From the NCBI GenBank assembly GCA_043228905.1, contig JBHGNT010000013.1, positions 21,080,001-21,144,000 of the forward strand: a stretch of DNA of 64,000 nucleotides, given 5' to 3'. A program made the position numbers and the translations under genes. Of this stretch, positions 35,229-47,267 are shown piece by piece. Numbering within the stretch: position 1 is the stretch's first letter; every line of letters starts with the position of its first letter. This stretch comes from Azolla caroliniana. Its lineage: Eukaryota; Plantae; Polypodiophyta. Below the pieces are notes generated by a model. The model saw nothing but the letters and a program-made list of their open reading frames with translations, had not been told where the DNA came from and did no database searches.

Positions 35229-38200
35229 TCACTTCGGCATGGGATGTCTCTCCAACCCGATCCTCTTCCGGCATGCTTCCAGCTTGTCGGGTGTGAGCAC
35301 CTTGGTCAGCATATCCGACCCGTTCTCGTCCGTGTGGATCTTCGTCAGCACGAACTCCTTGTCTTCTATCCTTTCCCGGATCCAGTGATATCTTCGCTGG
35401 ATGTGCTTCGTCCGGGAGTGATAGGCCGCGTTCTTCGCAAGGTGGATGGCACTCTGACTGTCACAGTAGAGTCGGTACTCCTCCTGCCGGATACCGAGCT
35501 CTCTAATGAAGTCCTTCATCCATATTATTTCCTTGCCGGCTTCAACAACCGCCATGTACTCTGCCTCCGTGGTTGACAACGCAACCGTCTTCTGCAACCT
35601 CGACTGCCACGAAACAGCTCCCCCTGCATATGTCATTACATACCCTGATGTAGACCGGCTGGTATCCGCATCAGCCGACATGTCCGAATCGGTAAATCCA
35701 TCGAGTTCGGGCTTACCGGAGCCGAATCGGAGGCCCATGTTCGAAGTGCCCTTTAAGTATCGGAGTATCCATTTGACCGTGTTCCAATGCTCTTTGCCGG
35801 GATCGCTCATGTATCGGCTCACCACTCCGACTGCATATCTGTTGGGATTTCGGTCCCTCCGGATGGGATGTCCGGAGATGAATGACGGCAAGCCCGGTTC
35901 CGGTTACGGAGCCGGATGATGAAGACCCCGGCTACGGAGCCGGATGATGAAGACCCCGGCTACGGAGCCGGATGATGAAGACCCCGGCTACGGAGCCGGA
36001 TGATGAAGACCCCGGCTACGGAGCCGGATGATGAAGACCCCGGCTACGGAGCCGGATGATGAAGACCCCGGCGAAAGATCCGGATGATGAAGACCCCGGC
36101 GAAAGATCCGGATGCGGAGACATATTTGTGAATATGTTTGCCAAGAGCCCTTGAGGCTATATTTGTAAATAGCCCGAAAGTCATATGTGTATAAATATGA
36201 CTTAGGGCAAACAGTTTAAATGTTGTTGCTCATTTTTCTGTTTTTCCACTTAGTGGGAGCGAAGTGAGAGCAGCCGAGAGAGAGAGAGAGAGATAGAGCG
36301 CGAGAGAGACGAAGAGGTAGACGCCTCTGTGTATTTCCGCCGCCTGTGGCGAGGACAGCGAGCTCAAGGTCGTCGCCTTGCAGCTCGCCATTGTATATTT
36401 CTCTGTGCATAGTTTGGTTTGGAGTCTCGCACTCCCGTGGTTTTTCCCGTATAGGGTTTTCCACGTTAATCCCTGTGTATCGCGTCTTTCTCTGTGTTTC
36501 CTATTTTCTGTTGCATTGATCCGCGATTACTCGGTTGTGGCCGAGAGGTGAAGGTGAATAGAAGGGTCGAATCCCCTCAAACTGGTATCAGAGCGACGGT
36601 AACACAGAAAATGGAAGGCGGCAGCAGCGGGCAGCCGGGGATGATGGTGCTGAACGCCCAGAATTACGCCGACTGGAAGATCAAGATGGAGGATCTTCTG
36701 ATTGTTCGGGACCTGTACGAACCGATCGACAGGTCGGAAATACCGAAGGGGGTACTTGAGTCGGAGTGGAAGCTCCTGAACCGGAAAGCCGTATCGACGA
36801 TCCGACAATATGTCGATGTAAGCGTCCTACAACATGTGGCAAACGACACCAACGCATATGAGATGTGGAAGAAGCTGTCGGGCCTCTACGAGAGGAAGAA
36901 TGCGTTGAACCGGACCTCCCTGATGAGGAAGATAGTGAACCTCAAGTACCGGGACGGCGAGAGTATGGTGGAACACGTAAGCACGTTCATGGGATTCGTG
37001 AACCAGCTTGCGGCGATCAAGTTCCCGTTGGAGGATGCAATGCAAGCCATCATCCTGATGTGTACATTGCCGGACAGCTGGGAGAACTTGGTGGTGACTC
37101 TCAGCACCTCCTGCACCGAAGATAACTTGTCTCTACAAACGGTAAAGACAAGTATTTTGAACGAAGAAGCGCGTCGGAGAGATAAAGAACCGGTCTCCGA
37201 CTCGAAGGCGCTGCTTACCGAATCGGAACGGGGAAGACAATGGAACCGGAGTCCGCAAAGACGGGAGAAGTCGGGGACCCGGTCGCAGTCAAGAGGAAGG
37301 CCCACATGCTTCCATTGTGGGAAGCCGGGGCACTTCCGGAAGAATTGTCGGCATTACCGAAAGGACAACGGAGCCGACGACACGGATTCGAAGAAGTCAC
37401 CGGAGAGAAACGGTGCATACCGGGGAGCCACGGACCGGAGAGGTCCGGATCGGCGAGGGCAGGACCGGAAAGGAACGACGGCACTCGCGGCAAGTGAAGA
37501 AGAGATAATGCTTATTACCGAAGAGAGGGAGCTGAACCTTGCCGGTGTAGAGATGACCTGGGTGGTCGATTCCGGAGCGTCGTTCCACCTGACCCCGGAG
37601 AAGAAATACTTCTCATCCTACACAGCCGGTGAGCACGGCTGTGTCCGGATGGGAAATGAAGGTACGTGCCGGATAGCCGGCATAGGAGACGTGTGGCTGA
37701 TGACATCAACCGGATGCAAGATGCTGCTGAAGGATGTGCGACACGTTCCGGAGGTCCGATTGAACCTGATCTCGGCCGGGAGGCTAGATGATGAAGGCTA
37801 CACGGGGAGCATCCGGAACGGTGTCATGAAGTTCAGCAAAGGGAGCCTGATAGTGGCTCGGGCCCGGAAAGACAACACTCTGTACCTGATGAATGCCCGG
37901 TTATGTCCGGAAGAGCTGAATGTGGCAGCCGACACTGCCGGTGAGCTGTGGCACAAGAGACTGTGCCACATGAGTGAGAAGGGGATGAAGAGGCTTGCAG
38001 AAGACAACCTCATTCCAGTGAAGCATGTGCACCTGGAGAAGTGCACCGACTGCCTGGCCGGTAAGCAAAACCGGACCTCCTTCCACTCAAGGCCACCGAC
38101 GAGACGTAGCGCACCATTGGAGTTGGTGCACACTGATGTGTGTCAGGTAGAAACGAAGTCACATGGCGGAGCCCAGTACTTCGTGACTTTCATTGATGAC

Positions 38201-41200
38201 CACAGCCGGAAGCTGTGGACGGCACCGTTGAAGACAAAGGACCAAGTATTGTCCGTCTTCAAAGAACTCCACGCGAGAGTGGAAAGGGAATCCGGCAAGA
38301 AGCTGAAAGCGATACGAGCGGATAACGGAGGGGAATACCGGGGGCAGTTCCAGGAGTACTGTCGCTCGATGGGAATCCGACTCGAGTTTACTGTGCCGAA
38401 GACGCCGGAACTGAACGGGCTGGCCGAGAGGATGAACCGGACCATAATGGAGAGGGTCCGGAGTATGCTAGCGCATGCGAAATTACCCAAGGGATTTTGG
38501 GCTGAGGCAATGTCGACGGCGACGTATGTGATAAATAGATCACCCTCAGTACCTTTGGACGGAGACACGCCGCAGAAAGTGTGGACCGGTAAGGAAGTGT
38601 CCTACCGGCATCTGAAGGTGTTCGGGTGTCTCGCATACGTGCATGTGGCAAAGGACCGGAGAGGAAAGTTAGATCCAAAGACCCGGCCATGCATATTCCT
38701 CGGTTACGGTGACGACGAGTTCGGCTACCGAGTATGGGACCCGGTCGACAAGAAGATATTCAGGAGTCGAGATATCATCTTCATGGAGGACAAGACACTC
38801 ACCGACTGGGAGTCGGAGAAGAAGATGAAGAGCTCCAAGTCGACCGGTGAGGATCAACTCTACGAAGAGCAGTCCCGACCGGCAAGGGACCGGTTAGCAC
38901 TCGAGGATCCGGCCGAAGACGGTGAAGAAACAGAACCGGCCGAGGAAGATGAAACTGATACCGGAACCGGCCCCGATCCCGAAATGGATTCGGATGAAGA
39001 GGAGACGGAGGAGCCGGTTACCGAAGCTCCGGAACGGAGATATCCTCTAAGAGAGAGAAGGGCCCCCCGGAGATTTCCGGAACCTGAGCACGTGCTGCTA
39101 ACCGACGAGGGGGAGCCGGAGAGCTTTGAAGAAGCAAAGCATGACACCCAGAGCCGCAGGTGTATGAGTGCCATGCAGGACGAGATGGATTCCCTGCATG
39201 AGAACCACACATATGAACTTGTGGAGTTGCCGAAAGGAAAGCGGGCACTTCGAAACAAGTGGGTGTTCAAGCTGAAACCGGGAGATGCCGGAAACCCCCC
39301 GAGATACAAAGCCAGGATCGTGGTGAAGGGGTTCCAGCAGAAGAAGGGCGTCGACTTCGACGAGATATTTGCCCCGGTAGTGAAGATGACCTCCATCCGG
39401 ACGGTGCTGAGCATAGCGGCAAGCATGGACCTCGAGGTAGAACAGATGGACGTGAAGACGGCATTCCTTCACGGTGACCTCGAAGAAGAAATCTACATGC
39501 AGCAACCGGAAGGATTCGAGAAGAAAGGGAAGGAGCACCTGGTATGCCGGTTGAAGAAGAGCCTTTACGGACTGAAGCAGGCTCCCCGGCAATGGTACCG
39601 GAAGTTCGACTCCTTCATGACCGACGAAGGGTACCACAAAACGAAGTCTGATCACTGCGTGTTTGTGAAGAAGTTCGAAGGAGGAGACTCTCTAATACTC
39701 CTCCTGTACGTGGACGACATGTTGATCGTCGGACGGGACCAGGTCAAGATACGGGTGCTGAAGAAGGCACTTCACCGAGTACCTTCTGCAATGATAGGAC
39801 CTGGGCCCGGCGAGGCAAATACTAGGGATGCACATCATCCGGGACCGGAAGAAGAAGCAGTTGTGGCTGTCACAGGAGAAGTACGTGACAAAAGTGCTTC
39901 AACGGTTCAACATGTCGGAAGCAAGACCGGTCGGGTCAACCCTCCCGGCAAACTGCAAGTTGTCCAGCAAGCAAAGCCCCAAGACAAAGGCTGAGAAGGA
40001 GGACATGATGAAAGTACCATATGCCTCTGCCGTCGGAAGCTTGATGTACGCAATGGTGTGTACAAGACCGGACATAGGATACGCAGTCGGAGTGGTGAGC
40101 CGGTACAGGAGCAATCCCGGCAAAGAGCACTGGAACGCGGTCAAGTGGTATCAACTCCGAGTACCTGAAGGGCACGACAAACGTGTGCCTCCGATTCGGC
40201 TCCGGTAAGCCCGAACTCGACGGCTTTACTGATTCGGATATGTCGGCTGATGCAGATACCAGCCGGTCCACATCAGGGTATGTGATGACGTATGCAGGAG
40301 GAGCTGTTTCGTGGCAGTCGAGGCTGCAGAAGACGGTTGCGTTGTCAACCACGGAGGCGGAGTACATGGCGGCGGTTGAAGCCGGCAAGGAAATAATATG
40401 GATGAAGGACTTCATTAGAGAGCTCGGTATCCAGCAGGAGGAGTACCGACTCTACTGCGATAGTCAGAGTGCCATCCACCTTGCGAAGAACGCGGCCTAC
40501 CATTCCCGGACGAAACACATCCAGCGAAGATATCACTAGATCCGGGAAAGGATAGAAGACAAGGAGTTCGTGCTGACGAAGATCCACACGGACGAGAACG
40601 GGTCGGATATGCTGACCAAGGTGCTCACACCCGACAAGCTGGAAGCATGCCGGAAGAGGGTCGGATTGGAGAGACATCCCATGCCGAAGTGAAGGGGGAG
40701 TTTGTTGGGATTTCGGTCCCTCCGGATGGGATGTCCGGAGATGAATGACGGCAAGCCCGGTTCCGGTTACGGAGCCGGATGATGAAGACCCCGGCTACGG
40801 AGCCGGATGATGAAGACCCCGGCTACGGAGCCGGATGATGAAGACCCCGGCTACGGAGCCGGATGATGAAGACCCCGGCTACGGAGCCGGATGATGAAGA
40901 CCCCGGCTACGGAGCCGGATGATGAAGACCCCGGCGAAAGATCCGGATGCGGAGACATATTTGTGAATATGTTTGCCAAGAGCCCTTGAGGCTATATTTG
41001 TAAATAGCCCGAAAGTCATATGTGTATAAATATGACTTAGGGCAAACAGTTTAAATGTTGTTGCTCATTTTTCTGTTTTTCCACTTAGTGGGAGCGAAGT
41101 GAGAGCAGCCGAGAGAGAGAGAGAGAGATAGAGCGCGAGAGAGACGAAGAGGTAGACGCCTCTGTGTATTTCCGCCGCCTGTGGCGAGGACAGCGAGCTC

Positions 41201-44200
41201 AAGGTCGTCGCCTTGCAGCTCGCCATTGTATATTTCTCTGTGCATAGTTTGGTTTGGAGTCTCGCACTCCCGTGGTTTTTCCCGTATAGGGTTTTCCACG
41301 TTAATCCCTGTGTATCGCGTCTTTCTCTGTGTTTCCTATTTTCTGCTGCATTGATCCGCGATTACTCGGTTGTGGCCGAGAGGTGAAGGTGAATAGAAGG
41401 GTCGAATCCCCTCAATATCCTATGTCCGGTCTCGTACACACCATGGCGTACATCAAGCTCCCGACGGCAGAGGCGTATGGTACTTTCATCATGTCCTCCT
41501 TCTCAGCCTTTGTCTTGGGGCTTTGCTTGCTGGACAACTTGCAGTTTGCCGGGAGGGTTGACCCGACCGGTCTTGCTTCCGACATGTTGAACCGGTGAAG
41601 CACCTTTGTCACGTACTTCTCCTGTGACAGCCACAACTGCTTCTTGCTCCGGTCCCGGATGATGTGCATCCCTAGTATTTGTCTCGCCGGACCCAGGTCC
41701 TTCATTGAGAAGGTTCGGTGAAGAGCCTTCTTCAGCATCCGTATCTTGACCTGGTCTCGTCCGACGATCAACATGTCGTCCACGTACAGGAGGAGTATTA
41801 GAAAGTCTCCTCCTTCGAACTTCTTCACAAACACGCAGTGATCGGACTGCGTTTTGTGGTACCCTTCGTCGGTCATGAAGGAGTCGAACTTCCGGTACCA
41901 TTGCCGAGGAGCCTGCTTCAGTCCGTAAAGGCTCTTCTTCAACCGGCATACCAGGTGCTCCTTCCCTTTCTTCTCGAATCCTTCCGGTTGCTGCATGTAG
42001 ATCTCTTCTTCGAGGTCACCGTGAAGGAATGCCGTCTTCACGTCCATCTGTTCTACCTCGAGGTCCATGCTTGCCGCTATGCTCAGCACCGTCCGGATGG
42101 AGGTCATCTTCACTACCGGGGCAAATATCTCGTCGAAGTCGACGCCCTTCTTCTGCTGGAACCCCTTCACCACGATCCTGGCTTTGTATCTCGGGGGGTT
42201 TCCGGCATCTCCCGGTTTCAGCTTGAACACCCACTTGTTTCGAAGTGCCCGCTTTCCTTTCGGCAACTCCACAAGTTCATATGTGTGGTTCTCATGCAGG
42301 GAATCCATCTCCTCCTGCATGGCACTTAACCACCTGCGGCTATGGGTGTCAAGCTTTGCTTCTTCAAAACTCTCCGGCTCCCCTTCGTCGGTTAGCAGCA
42401 CGTGCTCTGGTTCCGGAAATCTCCGGGGGGCCCTTCTCTCTCTTAGAGGGTATCTCCGTTCCGGAGCTTCGGTAACCGGCTGCTCCGTTTCCTCTTCATC
42501 CGAATCCATTTCGGGATCGGGGCCGGTTCCGGTATCAGTTTCATCTTCCTCGGCCGGTTCTGTTTCTTCACCGTCTTCGGCCGGATCCTCGAGTGCTAAC
42601 CAGTCCCTTGCCGGTCGGGACTGCTCCTCGTAGAGTTTATCCTCACCGGTCGACTTGGAGCTCTTCATCTTCTTCTCCGACTCCCAGTCGGCGAGTGTCT
42701 TGTCCTCCATGAAGATGATATCTCGACTCCTGAATATCTTCTTGTCGACCGGGTCCCATACTCGGTAGCCGAACTCGTCGTCGCCGTAACCGAGGAATAT
42801 GCATGGCCGGGTCTTTGGATCTAACTTTCCTCTCCGGTCCTTTGCCACATGCACGTATGCGAGACACCCGAACACCTTCAGATGCCGGTAGGACACTTCC
42901 TTACCGGTCCACACTTTCTGCGGCGTGTCTCCGTCCAAAGGTACTGAGGGTGATCTATTTATCACATACGTCACCGTCGACATTGCCTCAGCCCAAAATC
43001 CCTTGGGTAATTTCGCATGCGCCAGCATACTTCGGACCCTCTCCATTATGGTCCGGTTCATCCTCTCGGCCAGCCCGTTCAGTTCCGGCGTCTTCGGCAC
43101 AGTAAACTCGAGCCGGATTCCCTTCGAGCGACAGTACTCCTGGAACTTCCCCCGGTATTCCCCTCCGTTATCCGCTCGTATCGCTTTCAGCTTCTTGCCG
43201 GATTCCCTTTCCACTCTCGCGTGAAGTTCTTTGAAGACGCACAACACTTGGTCCTTTGTCTTCAACGGTGCCGTCCATAGCTTCCGGCTGTGGTCATCAA
43301 TGAATGTCACGAAGTACTGGGCTCCGCCATGTGACTTCGTTTCTACTTGACACACGTCAGTGTGCACCAACTCCAATGGTGCGCTACGTCTCGTCGGTGG
43401 CCTTGAGTGGAAGGAGGTCCGGTTTTGCTTACCGGCCAGGCAGTCGGTGCACTTCTCCAGGTGCACATGCTTCACTGGAATAAGGTTGTCTTCTGCAAGC
43501 CTCTTCATCCCCTTCTCACTCATGTGGCACAGTCTCTTGTGCCACAGCTCACCGGCAGTGTCGGCTGCCACATTCAGCTCCTCCGGACATAGCCGGGAAT
43601 TCATCAGGTACAGAGTGTTGACCTTCCGGGCCCGAGCCACTATCAGGTTCCCTTTGCTGAACTTCATGACACCGTTCCGGATGCTACCCGTGTAGCCTTC
43701 ATCGTCTAGCCTCCCGGCCGAAATCAGGTTCAATCGAACCTCCGGAACGTGTCGAACATCCTTCAGCAGCATCTTGCATCCGGTTGATGTCATCAGCCAC
43801 ACGTCTCCTATGCCGGCAATCCGGCATGTGCCTTCATTTCCCATCCGGACACAGCCGTGCTCACCGGCTGTGTAGGATGAGAAGTATTTCTTCTCCGGGG
43901 TCAGGTGGAACGACGCTCCGGAATCGACCACCCAGGTCATCTCTTCATCGGCAAGGTTCAGCTCCCTTTCTTCGGTAATGAGCATTATCTCTTCTTCACT
44001 TGCCGCGAGTGCCGTCGTTCCTTTCCGGTCCTGCCCTCGCCGATCCGGACCTCTCCGGTCCGTGGCTCCCCGGTATGCACCGTTTCTCTCCAGTGACTTC
44101 TTCGAATCCGTGTCGTCGGCTCCGTTGTCCTTTCGGTAATGCCGACAATTCTTCCGGAAGTGCCCCGGCTTCCCACAGTGGAAGCATGTGGGCCTTCCTC

Positions 44201-44882
44201 TTGACTGCGACCGGGTCCCCGACTTCTCCCGTCTTTGCGGACTCCGGTTCCATTGTCTTCCCCGATCCGATTCGGTAAGCAGCGCCTTCGAGTCGGAGGC
44301 CGGTTCTTTATCTCTCCGACGCGCTTCTTCGTTCAAAATACTTGTCTTTACCGTTTGTAGGGACAAGTTATCTTCCGTGCAGGAGGTGCTGAGAGTCACC
44401 ACCAAGTTCTCCCAGCTTTCCGGCAACGTACACATCAGAATGATGGCTTGCATTGCATCCTCCAACGGGAACTTGATCGCCGCAAGCTGGTTCACGAATC
44501 CCATGAACGTGCTCACGTGTTCCACCATATTCTCGCCGTCCCGGTACTTGAGGTTCACAATCTTCCTCATCAGGGAGGTCCGGTTCAGCGCATTCTTCCT
44601 CTCGTAGAGGCCCGACAGCTTCTTCCACATCTCATAGGCGTTCGTATCGTTCGCCACATGTTGCAGAACACTTACATCGACATATTGCCGGATCGTCGCT
44701 ACGGCTTTCCGGTTCAGGAGCTTCCACTCCGACTCTATTACCCCCTTGGGTATCTCGGCATTGTCGATCGGTTCATACAGGTCTCGGACGATGAGAAGGT
44801 CTTCCATCTTTATCTTCCAGTCGGCGTAGTTCTGTGAGTTCAACACCATCATGCCCGGAGGCCCACTACCGCCGCCTTCCAT
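35229..44882 (-). CDS. Copia H gag-PR-IN-RT-RH polyprotein, interrupted only by insertion of I (parts 41415-44882 and 35229-35839)
   Basis: Motifs CFHCGKPGHFRKNC, VVDSGAS, DDE core, YVDD and RTKHI; TRPDIG|YAVG rejoins across I. Confidence 0.93.
35902..36115 (+). repeat. 28-bp tandem repeat GGCTACGGAGCCGGATGATGAAGACCCC in I U3 (7 full units in the 5' LTR, 6 in the 3' LTR)
   Basis: Directly visible; accounts for LTR lengths of 740 vs 712 bp. Confidence 0.93.
36611..40692 (+). pseudogene. Copia I polyprotein with frameshifts at about 39780-39810 and 40145-40165 and a TGG>TAG change at 40537
   Basis: Near-identical to the H polyprotein apart from the clustered insertions. Confidence 0.88.
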
Positions 44883-47267
44883 TTTCTGTGTTAACCGTGC
44901 TCTGATACCACTTGTTGGAAAAACAGTGCTCGGCCACAACCGAGGGATAGGATCAACTCACTGAAAACAGGAAATACAAAAAAAAATGCACGAGGACAAT
45001 AGAGAGAGAAGGTACACTGGATATTTTACGTGGAAAACCCTAAATGGGAAAAACCACGGGAGTCCTCAAACTCCAACTATCACTATGAACAGGGATGTAC
45101 ACTGGTGAAGCTGCAAGGCAACAACCTTGAGCTCACTGTCTTCGCCACAAGCGGCGGTAATACACAGAGGCAACGACCTCTTCGTCTCTCTCTCTCTCTC
45201 TCTCTCTCGGCTGCTCTCACTTCGCATAAAAATGAGCAACACGATAAAACTGTTTGCCCTAAGTCATATTTATACACATATGACTTTCGGGCTATTTACA
45301 AATATAGCCTCAAGGGCTCTTGGCAAACATATTCACAAATATGTCCCCGCATCCGGATCTCTCTCCGGGTACATTCGTCACCCGGCTCCGCAGCCGGGGT
45401 CTTCAGCATCCGGTTCCGTAACTCGGGTCTTCATCATCCGGAGCCGTATCCGGGTACTCTTCATCCGGCTTCATGCCGGGTACTCTTCATCATCCGGTTC
45501 CGTATCCGGGTACTCTTCATCCGGCTTCATGCCGGGTACTCTTCATCATCCGGTTCCGTAACAGCCTCCGGGCTTGCCGTCATTCATCTCCGGACATCCC
45601 ATCCGGAGGGACCGAAATCCCAACATCTTGTGCTCGCAAGAGAGGATCTTACCAATCAAGTTGAAGGGCGAGCATTAAGAACTAAGGTGACATCATCGGT
45701 ATGTCGATTGCTTCTTGAAGATGTTATTGGCAGATATGGATGCGTCGGCAAGATAGTGGCTGATAGAGGCGAGTTGGACGCCAATGAAGTTAGAGAATTC
45801 TTCTTGAGGATGGGAATCAAATTATCTCTTACCTTGGCGTATAATCCGGAAGCAAATGGGAAAGTGGAACGTGGACATGGACCGATTGTGAAGGCTCTAG
45901 TGAAAGCTTGCCATGGGAAAATAGGAGAATGGCCGCGTCTATTGCCATTTGCATTATGGGCTGACAGGACTACTCATAGCACGGTGACGGGATACATGTC
46001 GGCAGAGCTCATATTCGAACAAAAGCCAATAATGCCGGTAGAACAAAGTATTATTTCATGGTTTGCATTGCCATGGCAAGATGAGATAAGTAGAGAAGAT
46101 CTTCTAGCATTGAGGATTCGACAATTAGAGCGGAATTTGGAAGATGTAGAGGTGGCTAAAGCGTGGCTAAAGAATGCAAGGCTAAAGAACAAGAAAGACT
46201 TCGATAAACGACATCGACTTCGGCCGAGGAAAATCGTTGAAGGAGATTGGGTGCTAGTCTATGACAGTAGCCTAGATAACCAACATAGTACGGCTCGAAA
46301 ATTCTCACAACGATGGTTTGGGCCATATGTGGTGAAGAAAGTGGAAGATAATGCAACATATCATTTAGTAGAACTGGATGGTACACCACTTGCCTTGCCA
46401 ATTGCCGGTAAAAGAATCAAGATCTTCAAGAGAAGAGATAGAATAGAAATTTGATTCGAAGCTTTTGACAATTCAGTCTTAAGCATCGATGAAAAAGTAT
46501 AGTAAACAAAAATGAATCCTCACCAAAATTGGCACATACCGGTGGATGTGCAGGTTTGGTGGGGGCGAATGTCGTGTGAATCTTCACACACTATGTAAAA
46601 AAATAATGAAATAATTATTATAGATTAGATTAGTAGCTTACTATAGAAAGATGGATATACTCAAGAGCTTCAAAATGTATTTTACTATATACAAAATGGA
46701 GAAATACATATCAAGTTATGTGAAAATAAAGTTTGAGAAGATAGGGAAATTAGAACTATCCCACATAGATAAGAAAGTTAAGGCCCTGGCTATATATAAA
46801 CACCTTGAGCTCCCTCATTTTTCATTTGTGCTAAGAGCACTTTGGCAACTTTGTCTTGATGGATGATGGTGGCCAAATTCCCTAAAACCGGAACCGGAAC
46901 CGGTATGCAAACCGGAAACCGGCCGGTAAGCAAAACCGGAACCGGCTGGCATGCAAAATCGGAACCGGAACCGGCCGGCAAGAAAAACTAGGACCGGAAC
47001 CGGCAAGCAAAACCGGAACCGGAACCGGCTGGCAAGCTAAATGGAACCGGCTACCGGACGAGGTTGGACGCGGACGGACGAAAGATTGGATCATGCAACA
47101 AGCTAAAGTAAAGTGAAGAGAACTAAAGTAAAGGCCATGTGGACGCAAGCAACTAAAGTTGGAGTGCATGGAAAAAGTAAAGGTCATGTGGACAGTCACA
47201 TGCAACCAAAACAAAAAGCTAGGCAACTAAAAGTAGAGGCCATGCAACAAAAAGTGGAAAGGCAATG

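Larger units (their letters stand above)
35840..41414 (+). mobile_element. Ty1/Copia element I, full length, TSD ATATC, inverted inside H
   Basis: LTRs 35840-36579 and 40703-41414; PBS 36583-36594; PPT 40691-40702. Confidence 0.97.
34504..45625 (-). mobile_element. Ty1/Copia element H (Tnt1-like), young, TSD TCTTG; hosts I
   Basis: LTRs 34504-35218 and 44913-45625 are near-identical; iMet PBS 44899-44910; PPT 35219-35230. Confidence 0.96.
31922..46454 (+). pseudogene. Element F RT-RH-IN with stops; the integrase is split by Copia H
   Basis: ORF pieces 31997-32785, 32816-33364, 33470-34503 and 45626-46454. Confidence 0.9.
27794..47267 (+). mobile_element. Ty3/Gypsy element F (1.29-kb LTRs), 3' LTR truncated at a duplication junction
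   Basis: 5' LTR 27794-29083; Trp PBS 29088-29105; gag from 29137; PPT 46557-46569; partial 3' LTR 46570-47267; CCGC flanks at 27790-27793 and 49369-49372. Confidence 0.9.

Noticed and set aside
35902-36115. Regular 28-bp repeats resembling a CRISPR array
   Set aside because: Head-to-tail units with no unique spacers, located inside LTRs, and no cas genes
45030-46454. 474-aa ORF as a novel fusion gene
   Set aside because: Chance in-frame join of antisense Copia LTR sequence to the F integrase remainder, with a GTG start
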